NCBI GenBank assembly: GCA_950097015.1
Contig: CATNEN010000038.1
Location: 6,200,001 to 6,264,000, forward strand
DNA: 64,000 nt
Direction: 5' to 3'
Source of the DNA: Macrostomum hystrix
Taxonomy: Eukaryota; Animalia; Platyhelminthes
Shown here piece after piece: positions 1 through 11,538 of this stretch (position 1 is its first letter; the number at the start of each line of letters is the position of its first letter). The position numbers were made by a program, and so were the translations under genes. The notes under the pieces are model-generated. The model searched no databases. It had not been told where the DNA came from and saw only the letters and a program-made list of their open reading frames with translations.

Positions 1-275
1 TACACTGCTTGACGATAAGAAAGTCAGGGCAGATGTACACACACAACTGTGTGAGCGCGTGCCTGAGTACAGTATCAAGGACAACGGAAGTAGTAAATTC
101 AGTAACTTCAGGATATATAACGTAACTTCAGTTGTCCTTGTATAGTATCTGTGTGCGTGTGTGCTCCGGAGTCAGCGAGATGGGTAGAATTGCCTCCTCG
201 CTGGCTGCGGGTCTAGTGTAACCAAATGATGTGCCACTGCCCGCAGCCCTCCTGAAATTAGTATTATTATTATTA
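1..275 (+). mobile_element. SINE family A, 3' part (window-truncated)
   Basis: Shares ctg(c)ytgacgat-aaagtcagg-cagatgtacac-gtgtgagcg with the copies at 13.1 and 47.3 kb. Ends in a ggctgcggg...cccgcagcc stem and a (TTA)n tail. Confidence 0.65.
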
Positions 276-279
276 ACTG

Positions 280-3199
280 TCACTCTGAGTTTTCCTGATC
301 ATGTCCAACCAGAACACGCAAGCCTTGAAAAACATGAATCCTTCCCAATGCCTCCAAGATGGGACACTGAAAAGCAGGGAAGTTACATTATTTAGGCATT
401 AAATAACAAACAAAGCGAAGAAATCGTTAGAAAGTTGCTATTTATTGACGCACGCCATATAGAATTCCTGGAAAATTTGTCCTCGAGCTTGACCAACTTA
501 ACCTGCTTAGAGACTGCTGCAGAAAGCTGCGCAAAGACAATCATTCCGAATATGTTCTGGACAAATCGAGATGAGACACTAAGAAACTTAAGCAAGTCGT
601 TAAAGTACGTGGCCAGGAAAAAAGACGTGCGCTGGTATCAGAATATAATCGGCTAGCAAAAAATGCAAACAACAGCTCAAGAAACTTAAGCAGATGGACC
701 TAAATGACTGCATTCAGAAAATGGCGGCTTCTGGAACCTCAAAGGGATTCTGGTCCGGTCTTAGAAGAGCAGAAGAGTTACTGTTCTCCAGCAAGAGACT
801 TAACAGATCTCAAGCCCCAATCGCTGACATCGCGGACAACCTCACCAAAGTGTTTAACGCACATCCTTCTTTGGGAACCCAGCCGCATCGCACAGATGAA
901 GCAGTTAGTCCCGAAGATTTAATTAGCTGTGTAGATCTCGATAGAGCAGTCAAAAAGCTAAAGAGATGGTATACTCGAAACAAATGAGCACATTATCTAC
1001 GGATAAGAGATGCTAAAACCCGTGCTTCTGAAGCTATTTAACGCAAGCGTAAGACTCGGCCAGACTCCTGCACAGTGGTCAAATGCCCTAATCACACCGA
1101 TTTATAAAAAGGGATCCTGTAGTGACCTCAAAAACTACAGACCCATAAGCATGCTGCCTGCCCTGGCTCGCCTGTTTGCCTCACTTATCTATGAAAAGCT
1201 AGAAACTCATATTCGCACCCTCGACTTGCTTTCAGCCAGTCAAATAGGAAATAGAAAGGGCAAGCGAACTTCAGACCACATTGCCACTCTCTTGACGTTG
1301 ATCCACAGCAAAAAGCGTCGCATGCAAAAGATCATTTCACTTAGTATTCTTTGACTTAAAAAGCGCATTTGACATGGTCCACCATCCAACACTTTTCCAA
1401 CGACTTAGGGAGTTACGATACTTTATACTTTATACTTTACCTCGTAAAGGTCAGCCCAGAAATAATCGAAGCAATACAAAGCATGTACTCAGGAGCTAAA
1501 TTTCAACTGAAGGTCTCGCATGGCAACTAAAGCAACTAAGGCAAGAAACATAACAAATGGAGTAAGACAAGGCTGTCCCCTATCGCCTCTATATAGATCC
1601 TTTGAGCACAATGCTAAGGGATTCATTTCGCAGCGACACCTTCATTAAAGATGAACAAATCAACAACTTGCTGTACTGCGATGATCTAGTGATCTTTGGA
1701 GAGAATCCACGAGAGTTGCAGAAGGGCCTCGATAAAGTGTCCGAATTTAGTCAGAGCCACAAGCTAGAAATCAATATGCAAAAAAACAAAGGTTATTAGC
1801 TGCTGCCCTGACCCATCAAAGACGGCTAACAAACTATTTCTGCAGGGACAACTGTTAGATAGCGTCAAAGAATAGCAATATCTTGGCTTTCACATCAATG
1901 CTAAAGGAACCGTGGATTCCCGTGCCACAGAGATTAACAAAAAATGTGGATACCCTATTCTTCTCTTAAGGAAATTAGCTAGCCATGGGGCGATCAGATA
2001 CAATCAGCTCATGCTGTACTGCGCAGCAATGATAGAAAGCATAGCTCTGTACGCCTCCGAGGCCTGGGGGGCTTTTGTCTCGTGGAACCTGGGTCCTTGG
2101 GACCTCTGTCTTTTTGAAAGGGTAGACATCAGGTGCTGTAAATCCATATACTACAAGTCAGCCAATACAGATGGCAACGTGGCCCGCTCAGAGTTAGGCA
2201 GATTGCCTTTATTATACAAAACATCTAGAAAAGAAGCATTCATACTGGGCCTCCATAACAAGCCGCCCGGACTCCATAATCTTTAAGTTATTAGCGGACC
2301 CAACATACAGTGATGTTGCAATCAAAGCAAAGATCAACAATGATGTTATGCTGAACTGCAGAGGCATTAGTCCTGCAAAATCAATTAGAAATAACAGGAA
2401 AAAATTCGTTTCTCAGTTTGATACCCATTGGAGACAAAGGACACAGAACTCAAGCAAGCTAAGTCACTTCTATTACTATTTTAAGCAATATTATTCAGCC
2501 GAAAAATATTTACCACAAATATACAACCCGGAGTTGAGACGTACCATATCCTCGTTTAGACTAGGACATATCCTCGTTTAGACTAGGACATATCCTCGTT
2601 TAGACTAGGACATATCCTCGTTTAGACTAGGACATATCCTCGTTTAGACTAGGACATATCCTCGTTTAGACTAGGACATATCCTCGTTTAGACTAGGACA
2701 TATCCTCGTTTAGACTAGGACATATCCTCGTTTAGACTAGGACATATCCTCGTTTAGACTAGGACATATCCTCGTTTAGACTAGGACATATCCTCGTTTA
2801 GACTAGGACATATCCTCGTTTAGACTAGGACATATCCTCGTTTAGACTAGGACATATCCTCGTTTAGACTAGGACATATCCTCGTTTAGACTAGGACATA
2901 TCCTCGTTTAGACTAGGAAACCATAAGCTAGCTTCCGAAACATTGCGAACTGCGAGACCGAAAACTCCGTTGAAAACGAGGTCCACTTCCTTTTTAAGTG
3001 CAGTTGGAATATGTATAGCTGTACCGCACGTTCGAATTTTGAAAAGAACATTTCTGGGAAAACTCCCAATTTCGCACCCTTAACAGCAGAAGAGAAATCT
3101 AACTACGAGTACATAATGGCACAAGACGATAGGGAAACCACTGAAGCTTTAGCAAAGTACATCATAGAAATCTCTAAAATATGGGAACAGCTGCCCTGA
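280..3199 (+). pseudogene. Decayed non-LTR retrotransposon (LINE) reverse transcriptase, L2/Crack-like
   Basis: Frameshifted ORF pieces carry RT motifs ITPIYKKG..DLKNYRPISML (1010-1354), GVRQGCPLSP (~1560), LLYCDDL (1602-1799) and C-terminal FRLG-NHKL..ENEVHFLFKC. Confidence 0.9.
2545..2918. repeat. 22-bp minisatellite (catatcctcgtttagactagga) x17 inside the LINE ORF
   Basis: 17 identical units over 374 bp, read directly. Confidence 0.97.
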
Positions 3200-3424
3200 A
3201 GCTATTAACATTTAATGATATACATTTATTTTTTATTCCTGGCGTCCCTTGTGTATTTTTCTGCTCTTATTTTTACCAGCTTTGCTCTTCCCTTCCCAGC
3301 TCAAAAGTTAATTCTTTAAAGAGTTGGTTTCTTATTTTCTTCGTTCGTCGAGTAAAATAGTCAGAAGATATAAAAAATCAGCACCCGTTAATGCCATGCG
3401 CGTTTTATTAATAATAATTATATA

Positions 3425-3575
3425 ATGTACACACCTCTGTGAGTGTGCGCCTGCGTACGGTATCTGTGTGCGTGCGGGAGTAGAGTCAGTATAGAGTCAG
3501 GAGTCGATGGCTGTGGGAACTCATACATCGTTTGTGCCAGTGCCCAAAGTCCGATCTGCAAATAAAAATAATAAA
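3425..3575 (+). mobile_element. SINE family A, 3' fragment
   Basis: atgtacacac..tgtgagtgtgcgcctgcgtacggtatctgtgtgcgtg..gagtcag..tgtgccagtgccc plus an A-rich tail; similar to 1-275. Confidence 0.55.
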
Positions 3576-3664
3576 GTAGCAACACTGAGCTTCGAATAAG
3601 TCAGGTCAATGATCTGCACACAGCCAGGTGTTTATGCAGCTATACATGAACAAACTGAGTTGGA

Positions 3665-4915
3665 TCAAGACCGGACAGCAGGACCCGGTATTCTAAACTC
3701 TATTCCAAATAAAATATAGCGACACATCTGGCCGAACATGCTGTCCAGAGTCTTGATGTCCTCCATATTGTGCTGCTTGCCGTACTTGCGAAACCACAGG
3801 TGCATCGCGTAGTTCTTTTTTCGCCAGTCCCAATTTTGCTGCTTTCCGATGCCATAAATCCAGTCCACCTCCTGTGGAGTCCAGTTCGGCCGGTCCATGC
3901 TCTCCTCCTCCACGTGGCACAGGTCGGGAAAGATAGGGTGCATTGTGTTGGGCAGCCAAACAGAATGATCTACCCATGAGCCGTCATAGAACACCTGGTA
4001 CGCTGTGTGCCACATCGCCAGAAATGTGCCATTAGGAGCGGACATAAAAATGCCGTTGCACAAGCCGTACGGAACCTCCCTGCCGATGGTGCAGGGGAAC
4101 TTCCGCAGAGGCTCCAGCGGCTTCAGCACAAACACATCGATGTCCATGTAGACTCCACCGAACACCAGCACAGCCTCCATTCTCATCACATCTGATTGGT
4201 GTTCTCGGCCGTGTACTGGTACCGTGTACACAGACGTGGGCACCGGTCTCCGCACCATGATGACCTTCTCCTCGAAGTCGGTCTCCGTGAGGCTCCTCCT
4301 CACCCGCTCCCACCACTGTCCGGTGGGCTGCTTGTCGGGAGCGTACCACAGCAGTAGGCGGTGCGGCTTCATCACGTGCAGGCAGCTGAGCAGGCTGACC
4401 ATGTGGTGGAACTGCAGGTTCGTGTCACCGAATGGCAGCACAAAGTGGGCGATGTTGGGCACCAGAAACCCGGGCTTCACTGTGGACTTGGCCACTGCAT
4501 GAATCTCCTCAACTGTGAACTTCTTGCCGCTGGGACTGTGTGGCATCCACTGCGCGGTGCTGATCACTGGCAGGTAGCTGAGCATCATCTGCTCCAGGCG
4601 ATTTTTTAACGGCCCGCTGTGCCGCCTGGTCGCCTCCTTCAGCTTCGGAAAGTTGTTCTGCAGTGCTTTCACATCGAGTAGAAATGTGACATCAGTGGAA
4701 TTTTGGTTAAATTGGGGTTTTGTGTCTGGCCTATAATTTGTTTTACTGACAGACACCGAGTTTGCTGGAAGCGCGAAGCGAAGTTCAATTCTACGCATCC
4801 GCTGCCAGGGCTCGATGCTGATGAAGAACATGCTGAGCAAGAAGCAGGTTATCAGCAGCGCTATCAACGGGGGCAACCACCGCCTCGGATAATTGAAGCA
4901 ACAGGTTCGTAGCAT
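3665..4915 (-). CDS. GT32-family (DXD) glycosyltransferase, alpha-1,4-GlcNAc/Gal transferase-like, type II membrane protein, intronless
   Basis: 416-aa ORF with an N-terminal TM helix, VPNIAHF and HQSDVMRMEAVLVFGGVYMDID (Gly_transf_sug signature with DXD). Confidence 0.9.
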   Translation of the reverse strand: MLRTCCFNYPRRWLPPLIALLITCFLLSMFFISIEPWQRMRRIELRFALPANSVSVSKTNYRPDTKPQFNQNSTDVTFLLDVKALQNNFPKLKEATRRHSGPLKNRLEQMMLSYLPVISTAQWMPHSPSGKKFTVEEIHAVAKSTVKPGFLVPNIAHFVLPFGDTNLQFHHMVSLLSCLHVMKPHRLLLWYAPDKQPTGQWWERVRRSLTETDFEEKVIMVRRPVPTSVYTVPVHGREHQSDVMRMEAVLVFGGVYMDIDVFVLKPLEPLRKFPCTIGREVPYGLCNGIFMSAPNGTFLAMWHTAYQVFYDGSWVDHSVWLPNTMHPIFPDLCHVEEESMDRPNWTPQEVDWIYGIGKQQNWDWRKKNYAMHLWFRKYGKQHNMEDIKTLDSMFGQMCRYILFGIEFRIPGPAVRS

Positions 4916-5959
4916 AGACGATTTGAGTTTTCTGCAGCTGGCCTTGAGGAAGATCTGTTACGTCCGAGTTTTTTTCTCGATTTGGACTTAGCTCTCGGTT
5001 TCGAAACTGCACTCGAGTGTCTGTAATAGCATAGCAGCGTTTGTCTGCACGATACCGTGACATATAAACAAGACCGAATCAGTTCGTCCAGCTCTTGCAT
5101 GTGCTTAGCCTTCCTATGTGCAATGCAGCAGGCAAGAACTATATGCTATATTTATGCAAGGTTGACTGCGTATTAGCCTGTACAAGCGTTTACTAGGCAC
5201 TGGTAACCCATTGGCCCCGGCCTGCTATCTCTACCGGGCTGGGGTTGCATGGCGCTCCCTCCCCAGCCATACAGTTTTGTTGGGAGTGGCGCTGAGATGA
5301 GTTGGTTAAGGCAGGTTTTTCAGGCGTATTGTTTGCCAAGGCTGTTTTACCATACTGTACGCATTGTACGCAGTTCAAGCAGCCAATTGGATCTTGCGTT
5401 ATTCGGGACAGAACTACACGGCCATTAACTCCTCCCCCTATACAGTTCTCATTTAACTACTCACGTGCGAACGGTCCCGCTGTACAAATGGCGGTTTCAC
5501 GTAATATGCGCTCGCATATAATGGTAGGTTGTAGCGTCTCAAATGAACTTTTATTTGAGACTTAATTACGACTCTAACTTTCTTTTATTTCCATAAACAA
5601 CCCCACTTATTCTATACCAAGCAATACTAGCCTTCCCTTTTCCTATAGATTATCTGTACGCAGCTCAACCAAATGAAGCCGACCACATGGGCCAAGGCTC
5701 CCATTCTTAACCCTGCTAAACGAAATACAAATTCATCGCCTTAGCTTAATTTGTTGTGGCTGAAAGCCACAAGGTTAATATGAAGCACGAATTCATGTTA
5801 ATGGCCATAGTGCCACTCGTGCGCTACTGCATTAATTGCATGAAACCGTCGCACCTTTTCAGTATCTTAAATCCTTGCCTGCTTCTTGTCGGGTTTTGAT
5901 TTACTTCTCACTGGATCCGCGGACTTATTCTTAGACGGAAGAGGCGGGAGACAGTAGAA

Positions 5960-6600
5960 CTCCTTGCCATCAGAGTCGGTGTGCAGCTCCAATGCATCTC
6001 ATCGTGTCAGATGCTGCAGGTGCTCTTGGCCTCTTTCGCTCAAGGAATAAAGGACATAAAACAGAAATTTGTCCTGCTCTGCCACTACCGTACCTCCCTC
6101 AAAGTAGCATGCAATATTTTTCAAATCACCAGTCTCGATTGGTTCGTACTGTTTAGTGGTCAGTCCAGCTCGATGGAATTCACGCACCTTTACGCGCAGT
6201 ATTTCGTTGCGCAATCGAAATTCCTCGCCATTGATTATGTCAACCGATCGTTTCAAAACCATCCGCAGAAAACGTTGAATGCCGTAGAAATAACGTAGGT
6301 ACTGATTCAGTGGTTCGTTTGTAGTGAATTCAATATCTTTTTGTTTCTCGGTTCTAATGAACTCCTGGAAGCGTTGTCCAAACTGGAATATTTGTTTCCT
6401 TGTGTCCTGTGGCAAGCTTTCGATTTCGACTCTGTCCATCTCCGATATACGAGTATCAACCGTTTCTTCTTCAAGCAACGGCAAATTGCTGGTATCCGGA
6501 AGTGGCTCTGGAATGAGTTGCAAAAAGCTGCGAACTCTTCGTCATGGCGTTCGCTCGCAGAAGCAGCAGCAACGAATTCCAACTCCGAACTCGTTATGTT
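5960..6600 (-). pseudogene. Crypton-like tyrosine-recombinase remnant (DUF3504/ZMYM-KCTD1-like N-terminal part)
   Basis: ORF 5999-6523 reads ..SLPQDTRKQ..RFQEFI..LNQYLRYFY..IQRFL..VDIINGEEF..NEIL..YEPIE..DL..YF..FYVLY..RGQE.L, the pattern of animal Crypton-type YR proteins. Truncated after the first Arg motif. Confidence 0.65.
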
Positions 6601-6609
6601 GCCAAGCTC

Positions 6610-6887
6610 GCCAGAGACTATACTGGCTGTTTGGGCAGATAAAGGAGTCACTCCGAGGTCACCATTATGGCAGCGTACAGGCCCTGGCCTCCGCCGTCAG
6701 CCAGTGTGTCAGAAGTACCCCCAAAGAATTCTTTACTGCTGCAGGGATTGAGAAGCTACCAGAGCGCTGGCACAAGTGTGTGCCTCAAGGGCACATACAT
6801 TGAGAAGGTCGATGACTAAGGTTTTCAGTTTTGTTGCTTGTTTAACAATAGTTCATGTTTGTCCACGAACTTTTTGAACAACCCTCG
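6610..6887 (+). mobile_element. mariner transposon 3' fragment with right TIR
   Basis: YWLFGQIKESLRG.HY...TPKEFF..GIEKLPERWHKCV (mariner C-terminus). Ends in gaactttttgaacaaccctcg, the reverse complement of a CGAGGG-type mariner TIR. Confidence 0.8.
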
Positions 6888-8187
6888 AACTAAATTGTTC
6901 TAGCGAACGCGTAGTCCGATTTTCGTGATTCTTTCTCTTAAATATTCACCTTCTTAACGAGATGGCACACGTTAATTTTCTAGCAGTTCGCTTCAACTGC
7001 TTCAAATAATTGAAGGACATTTTTTATCGTCAGAATAGGGCCCGACACAGTCAATTTTATTAGATTGCATCGGTGCTTTTTATCGTCCGCGCGTGCGTTA
7101 GTAGCACGAGGGCAAATTCTCTCAATTGAATGGGATTGCGTCACTAGTGCATGCGTTAGCAGAACAGAGGGCCCGATACTGCCAATTGAATAGAATTGCT
7201 TCACTGCTTTTAGCACTAGTACGTGCGTTTATATATGGCGATAGTGATATTGGTCTCTTGGCTGATTGAATATTTGATTTGAATAAGTAAAACGTACATA
7301 GCAGTTTTCTCAATGATTGGACTTTTATGATGCTCAATGCCAGCGAGACCTCTCATCCTTCATTCTGTCGCTGAAAACTGCAGCCTATATATTGTCAAAC
7401 CTTGTGTAGATTTCGATCATTGCGCCTCTTTCTTTTCATCTAGAACCGAAATAAAGCAATTTGATTCTTTTGCAGAATGCAGGTCAAATTTCAGCATCTG
7501 TTTTGTTACTGCTTCATTTTGTTCTAATATTTATTCTAACGTCAACAGGTAAATACGTAAAACGTTTATTATTGTTTTTTTTAGGTTTTTGGGTTCGAGT
7601 ATAAATAGTCATCGCTCTCGATTAGCTACTGTAAAGGAAAAAATGCTATATTTTATTACTCGTCGCGCTGTGAGAAAAGGTAATAAGTTTTTTCGAGTTA
7701 GTAGCAAGTGTTATTCGATACAAAAACTAAGGAAAGATTTTTCGAGCACAACTGCTAGCCTTATCAGATTCAGAACTAGAAAAAACATGTTGAGAAAAAA
7801 TAGAAAAAATAGTTAATACAAGTTAAAAGTGCAATACTATTATTAATTTTTTACATTTTTCGAGCACTACTTCAAGCGGTATTCGATCCAAAACTAAATG
7901 AAGACTGTTCGAGCAATGTAGCTGTTGGCGGTATTCTATTTTCAAAACGTAAGAAAAGTGTTTCGAGCGTTACTGCAATCGTCATTAGATCCATTTGATG
8001 GCCACGAGACGAGCGAAGCGAGCCGAGGACCATATAGCGCACAATTAACTACCGTGATATTATATAAAATCCGATTGCTTATTTATTGGACGCTAAATTG
8101 TCTTCTTCTAAGTATGTGATCTGTTGTCTATGGCTCAGACTATCAGCATTACGAGCCCTTTAAAAAATTTATTGTCTGCATTTAATA

Positions 8188-9667
8188 TACCTTTTCAAGC
8201 TCGACTTTGGCAAAAGTGACTTTAATTTTGGCAGCCCATAGAAAGAGCATACGCCTGCCAGCAACATGTCTATGGTCAACTGTGGTAGAATCGGTTAAAG
8301 CGTACATTCAACTTTGGCAAAAGTGAGCGAATTTTAGCAACTCAACCGAACAATATGCCGAACGCGCGTATATCGCTGCAGGATCGAGAACGGCTAGTGC
8401 GCAGCTACCAAGAAGGAAGAGACTGGAGACGACTGGCGAAGGACCTCGGCATAAAGAGAACCACGGCCGACACAATTATCCACAGGTTTGTCACTGAAGA
8501 TCGCGTTGCGCTGAAGCAACGAGGGGGAGCCGTGAGGCCAAAATTTACACCACCAATGTTAAATGCTGTGACTCGGTTTGTTGAAGAGAAGCCCACCATA
8601 ACGTTGAGGGAGATGAAGGAGAAAATGGAAGCCGAACTTCCAGGCGCACCTGGCGTGTCGGTGCAGGCAATCAGCCCTCGCCTGGACTGTACTCTGTACA
8701 TCACACTGAAGGACTTTCGGCGAGTGCATGAGCACTGGAATTCGGATATCACCAAGGCGGCGCGCTTCGACCACATGCAGTGGTTTATGGAAGCCGGCAT
8801 CTTCGCACACAATCTCATCTACGTGGACGAGTTTGGCTGTAATTTGCGGATGGCAAGAACAAACCGGCAGGTGCCGGTGAACGTGCCGTCGTGATGTCCG
8901 ACAGCCAGCGCGGACAGAATCTGACTGTCGTCCTGGCTATCAGTCCGCAGCTTGGATTGGTACACCTTCGACACCATACTGGAGGCTTCACCGAAGTCAA
9001 GTTCCATGAGTTCATGAGTGAGGTTAGTGCATTGGTGGATGACTCATTTGTTGTACTGGCAGACAATGCTAGGCCGCACGGTAACCAACTCAACCTTGGC
9101 CGACAAGATCAGTCCATTCGCTACATGCCGCCGTATTCGCCTTTTCTGAACGCTGCGGAGATAGCGATCTCCTGTTTGAAGGCAGATCTCAAGAGGCGCC
9201 TGACTGAACCCCGCATCGTGCAGGGGCTTCACGACAGGCATGCTGCAGCACAGGCTGGTGAGACGCTGCAGCATCGTCGACTGCGCATTCTGACGGCTCA
9301 AGTTGAGGCACCGTCCATGAGTTCCATCACCGCCGAAAAATTTCGGCAGTGGCACGAACACGTGCTGAGCTACGGACCCCGCTGCCTCACCTACAATGAC
9401 ATTGATCAGTGATGGTATTCAATGACTTCAACAGTAACAACGACAGTATCGTGCTTTGTGCCTTAATCTTGTTTCCTAGTCCGTTTGATACCGTTTTCCG
9501 TTCAGTTTATTGTGTTGCCAAAATTCGCTCACTTTTGCCAAAGTTGAATGTACGCTTTAACCGATTCTACCACAGTTGACCATAGACATGTTGCCGGCAG
9601 GCGTATGCTCTTTCTATGGGCTGCCTAAATTGAAGTCGCTTTTGCCAAAGTCGAGCTTGAAAAGGTA
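8188..9667 (+). mobile_element. IS630/Tc1-like DNA transposon with ~155-bp TIRs, TA flanks and a frameshifted transposase
   Basis: Near-perfect TIRs at 8188-8341 and 9514-9667 flanked by TA. Transposase is split between ORFs 8355-8894 (HTH, YVDEFG) and 8891-9412 (LADNARPH, PPYSPFLNAAE), with a frameshift near 8865. Confidence 0.95.
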
Positions 9668-10514
9668 TAGTCTCGAGGCTCGCAAAACCACAGAATGTGA
9701 ATTAAACGGCGTTAATATAAGATCATATGCATAGTTTCCGTTCATTTTACTCTATGGTCTGAAAAGCCTCTGACTCGCTTTCAGGCCTCGGCCAAATAAG
9801 TAGCCAGGAGTGGCAAAGTAAGACGGTTAAAGCGTTTATTTAACGAATTACTTAAAGAGTCATGGTGATCTTGTGCTTGCGTACGCCATAGCCACTGAGC
9901 ACTCGCATTCGGCTTCATTTCTAGAGTATTCAGTAAGTCGTGGTCAATTTCTACAACAAAATCACATAAAAAATCCATATTTGTCTGGCAGAGAAGTATA
10001 TGGAATCATAAATGTCGTCCTTTCTTACTTCTGTGGTCCAATCCTTGCTTTCATCTAGCTATTCGCATAGCCTTGTCTTCTCTAACTTCTTCTCGGCTTT
10101 CTACCATAGACTACAGACTTTAGCTCGATAAGTCAAACGATGAATAAAGTAACATCCGTATGGATATATTCGGCCCATAGACTGCGTAGCATCTAGATCT
10201 TATTTTACCCCTGCAGTTAATAAAGCTAATAAATTTTATTAATTTAACAATATATTACTAAATATAGTTGATGACAAAAATGATGAATGATGAATTATCA
10301 TTTATATGATAATGATAAATATTATTAAAGTTTGCTACATTAAAGTCAGAACATCTGCATTCTGCACCTAAAAACAAAGAGCTTGTATGTATACGTTTCG
10401 CTCATCTGAGTATTAGACGGTTTAAAGTGGCTTAATAGTGGCTGATTATTATATTGCACAGAAAGCCAGAAAGAAACTTAATGTACACATATGCTGTTTT
10501 ACCAGCTTACTACT

Positions 10515-10805
10515 AGCCCCAACCTGACCATCTAATCTCACCCAGCCCCTACCTGACCATCTAATCTCATCCAGCCCCTACCTGACCATCTAATCTCATC
10601 CAGCCCCTACCTGACCATCTAATCTCATCCAGCCCCTACCTGACCATCTAATCTCATCCAGCCCCTACCTGACCATCTAATCTCATCCAGCCCCTACCTG
10701 ACCATCTAATCTCATCCAGCCCCTACCTGACCATCTAATCTCACCCAGCCTTTACCTGACCATATATTCTCACCCAGGCTCTGCCTGACCATCTAGTCTC
10801 ACCTA
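10515..10805. repeat. 29-bp minisatellite (agcccctacctgaccatctaatctcatcc)
   Basis: About 10 tandem units. Confidence 0.92.
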
Positions 10806-11034
10806 GAATCTTCCTAGAAATCAACCATCACACAGTCTCTACCAAGTCTAGTCTCATCCCCAATCACAGCATAACTAGCGAAGAGTGCAAGATATTCGTG
10901 CTACCAAGCAATTAGGCAAGAAATAAATTAAAAAATATATATTTAGTTTCATAAAGCAATATAGCAGTCAGCAAGCGCCTATAACACATTGCATGAATGA
11001 ACTGACGGTCTTTTTGTGATGACACTAAATGATG

Positions 11035-11345
11035 ATTCAACTGACAGTAAATCTATAGATATCCTAGACCTCTGACAGACTCAAATGACAGTAAATCTAT
11101 AGATATCCTCCTCTAACAGACTCAACTGACAGTAAATCTAGAGATATCCTAGACCTCTGACAGACTCAACTGACACTAAATCTATGGATATCCTAAACCT
11201 CTAACAGACTCAACTGACAGTAAATCTATAGATATCCTAGACCTCTGACAGACTCAACTGACAGTAAATCTATAGATATCCTAGACCTCTGATAGATTCA
11301 ACTGACAGTAAATCTATAGATATCCTAGACCTCTGACAGATTCAG
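11035..11345. repeat. 44-bp minisatellite (caactgacagtaaatctatagatatcctagacctctgacagact)
   Basis: About 7 tandem units downstream of the GSK3 stop codon. Confidence 0.9.
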
Positions 11346-11538
11346 AAAGACGTTACAGAAAGACAGAGACATTACAGATTAACAGAAATGATTACAGACA
11401 GGCAGAGACATTACAGACAGACAGAGAGAGCATGACAGATAGAACAGACGAACTGCAGATAAAAATCAAACTAGCATTACTAAGCAAGACACATGCATAT
11501 GACACACTCGAATGAAATTCAGTTCAGTATTATCTGCT

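Noticed and set aside
2545-2918. CRISPR-like appearance of regular repeats here and elsewhere
   Set aside because: No unique spacers, no cas genes and a eukaryotic context.
8860-8895. Programmed frameshift as in bacterial IS630
   Set aside because: No slippery heptamer at the junction; a simple inactivating indel is more parsimonious.
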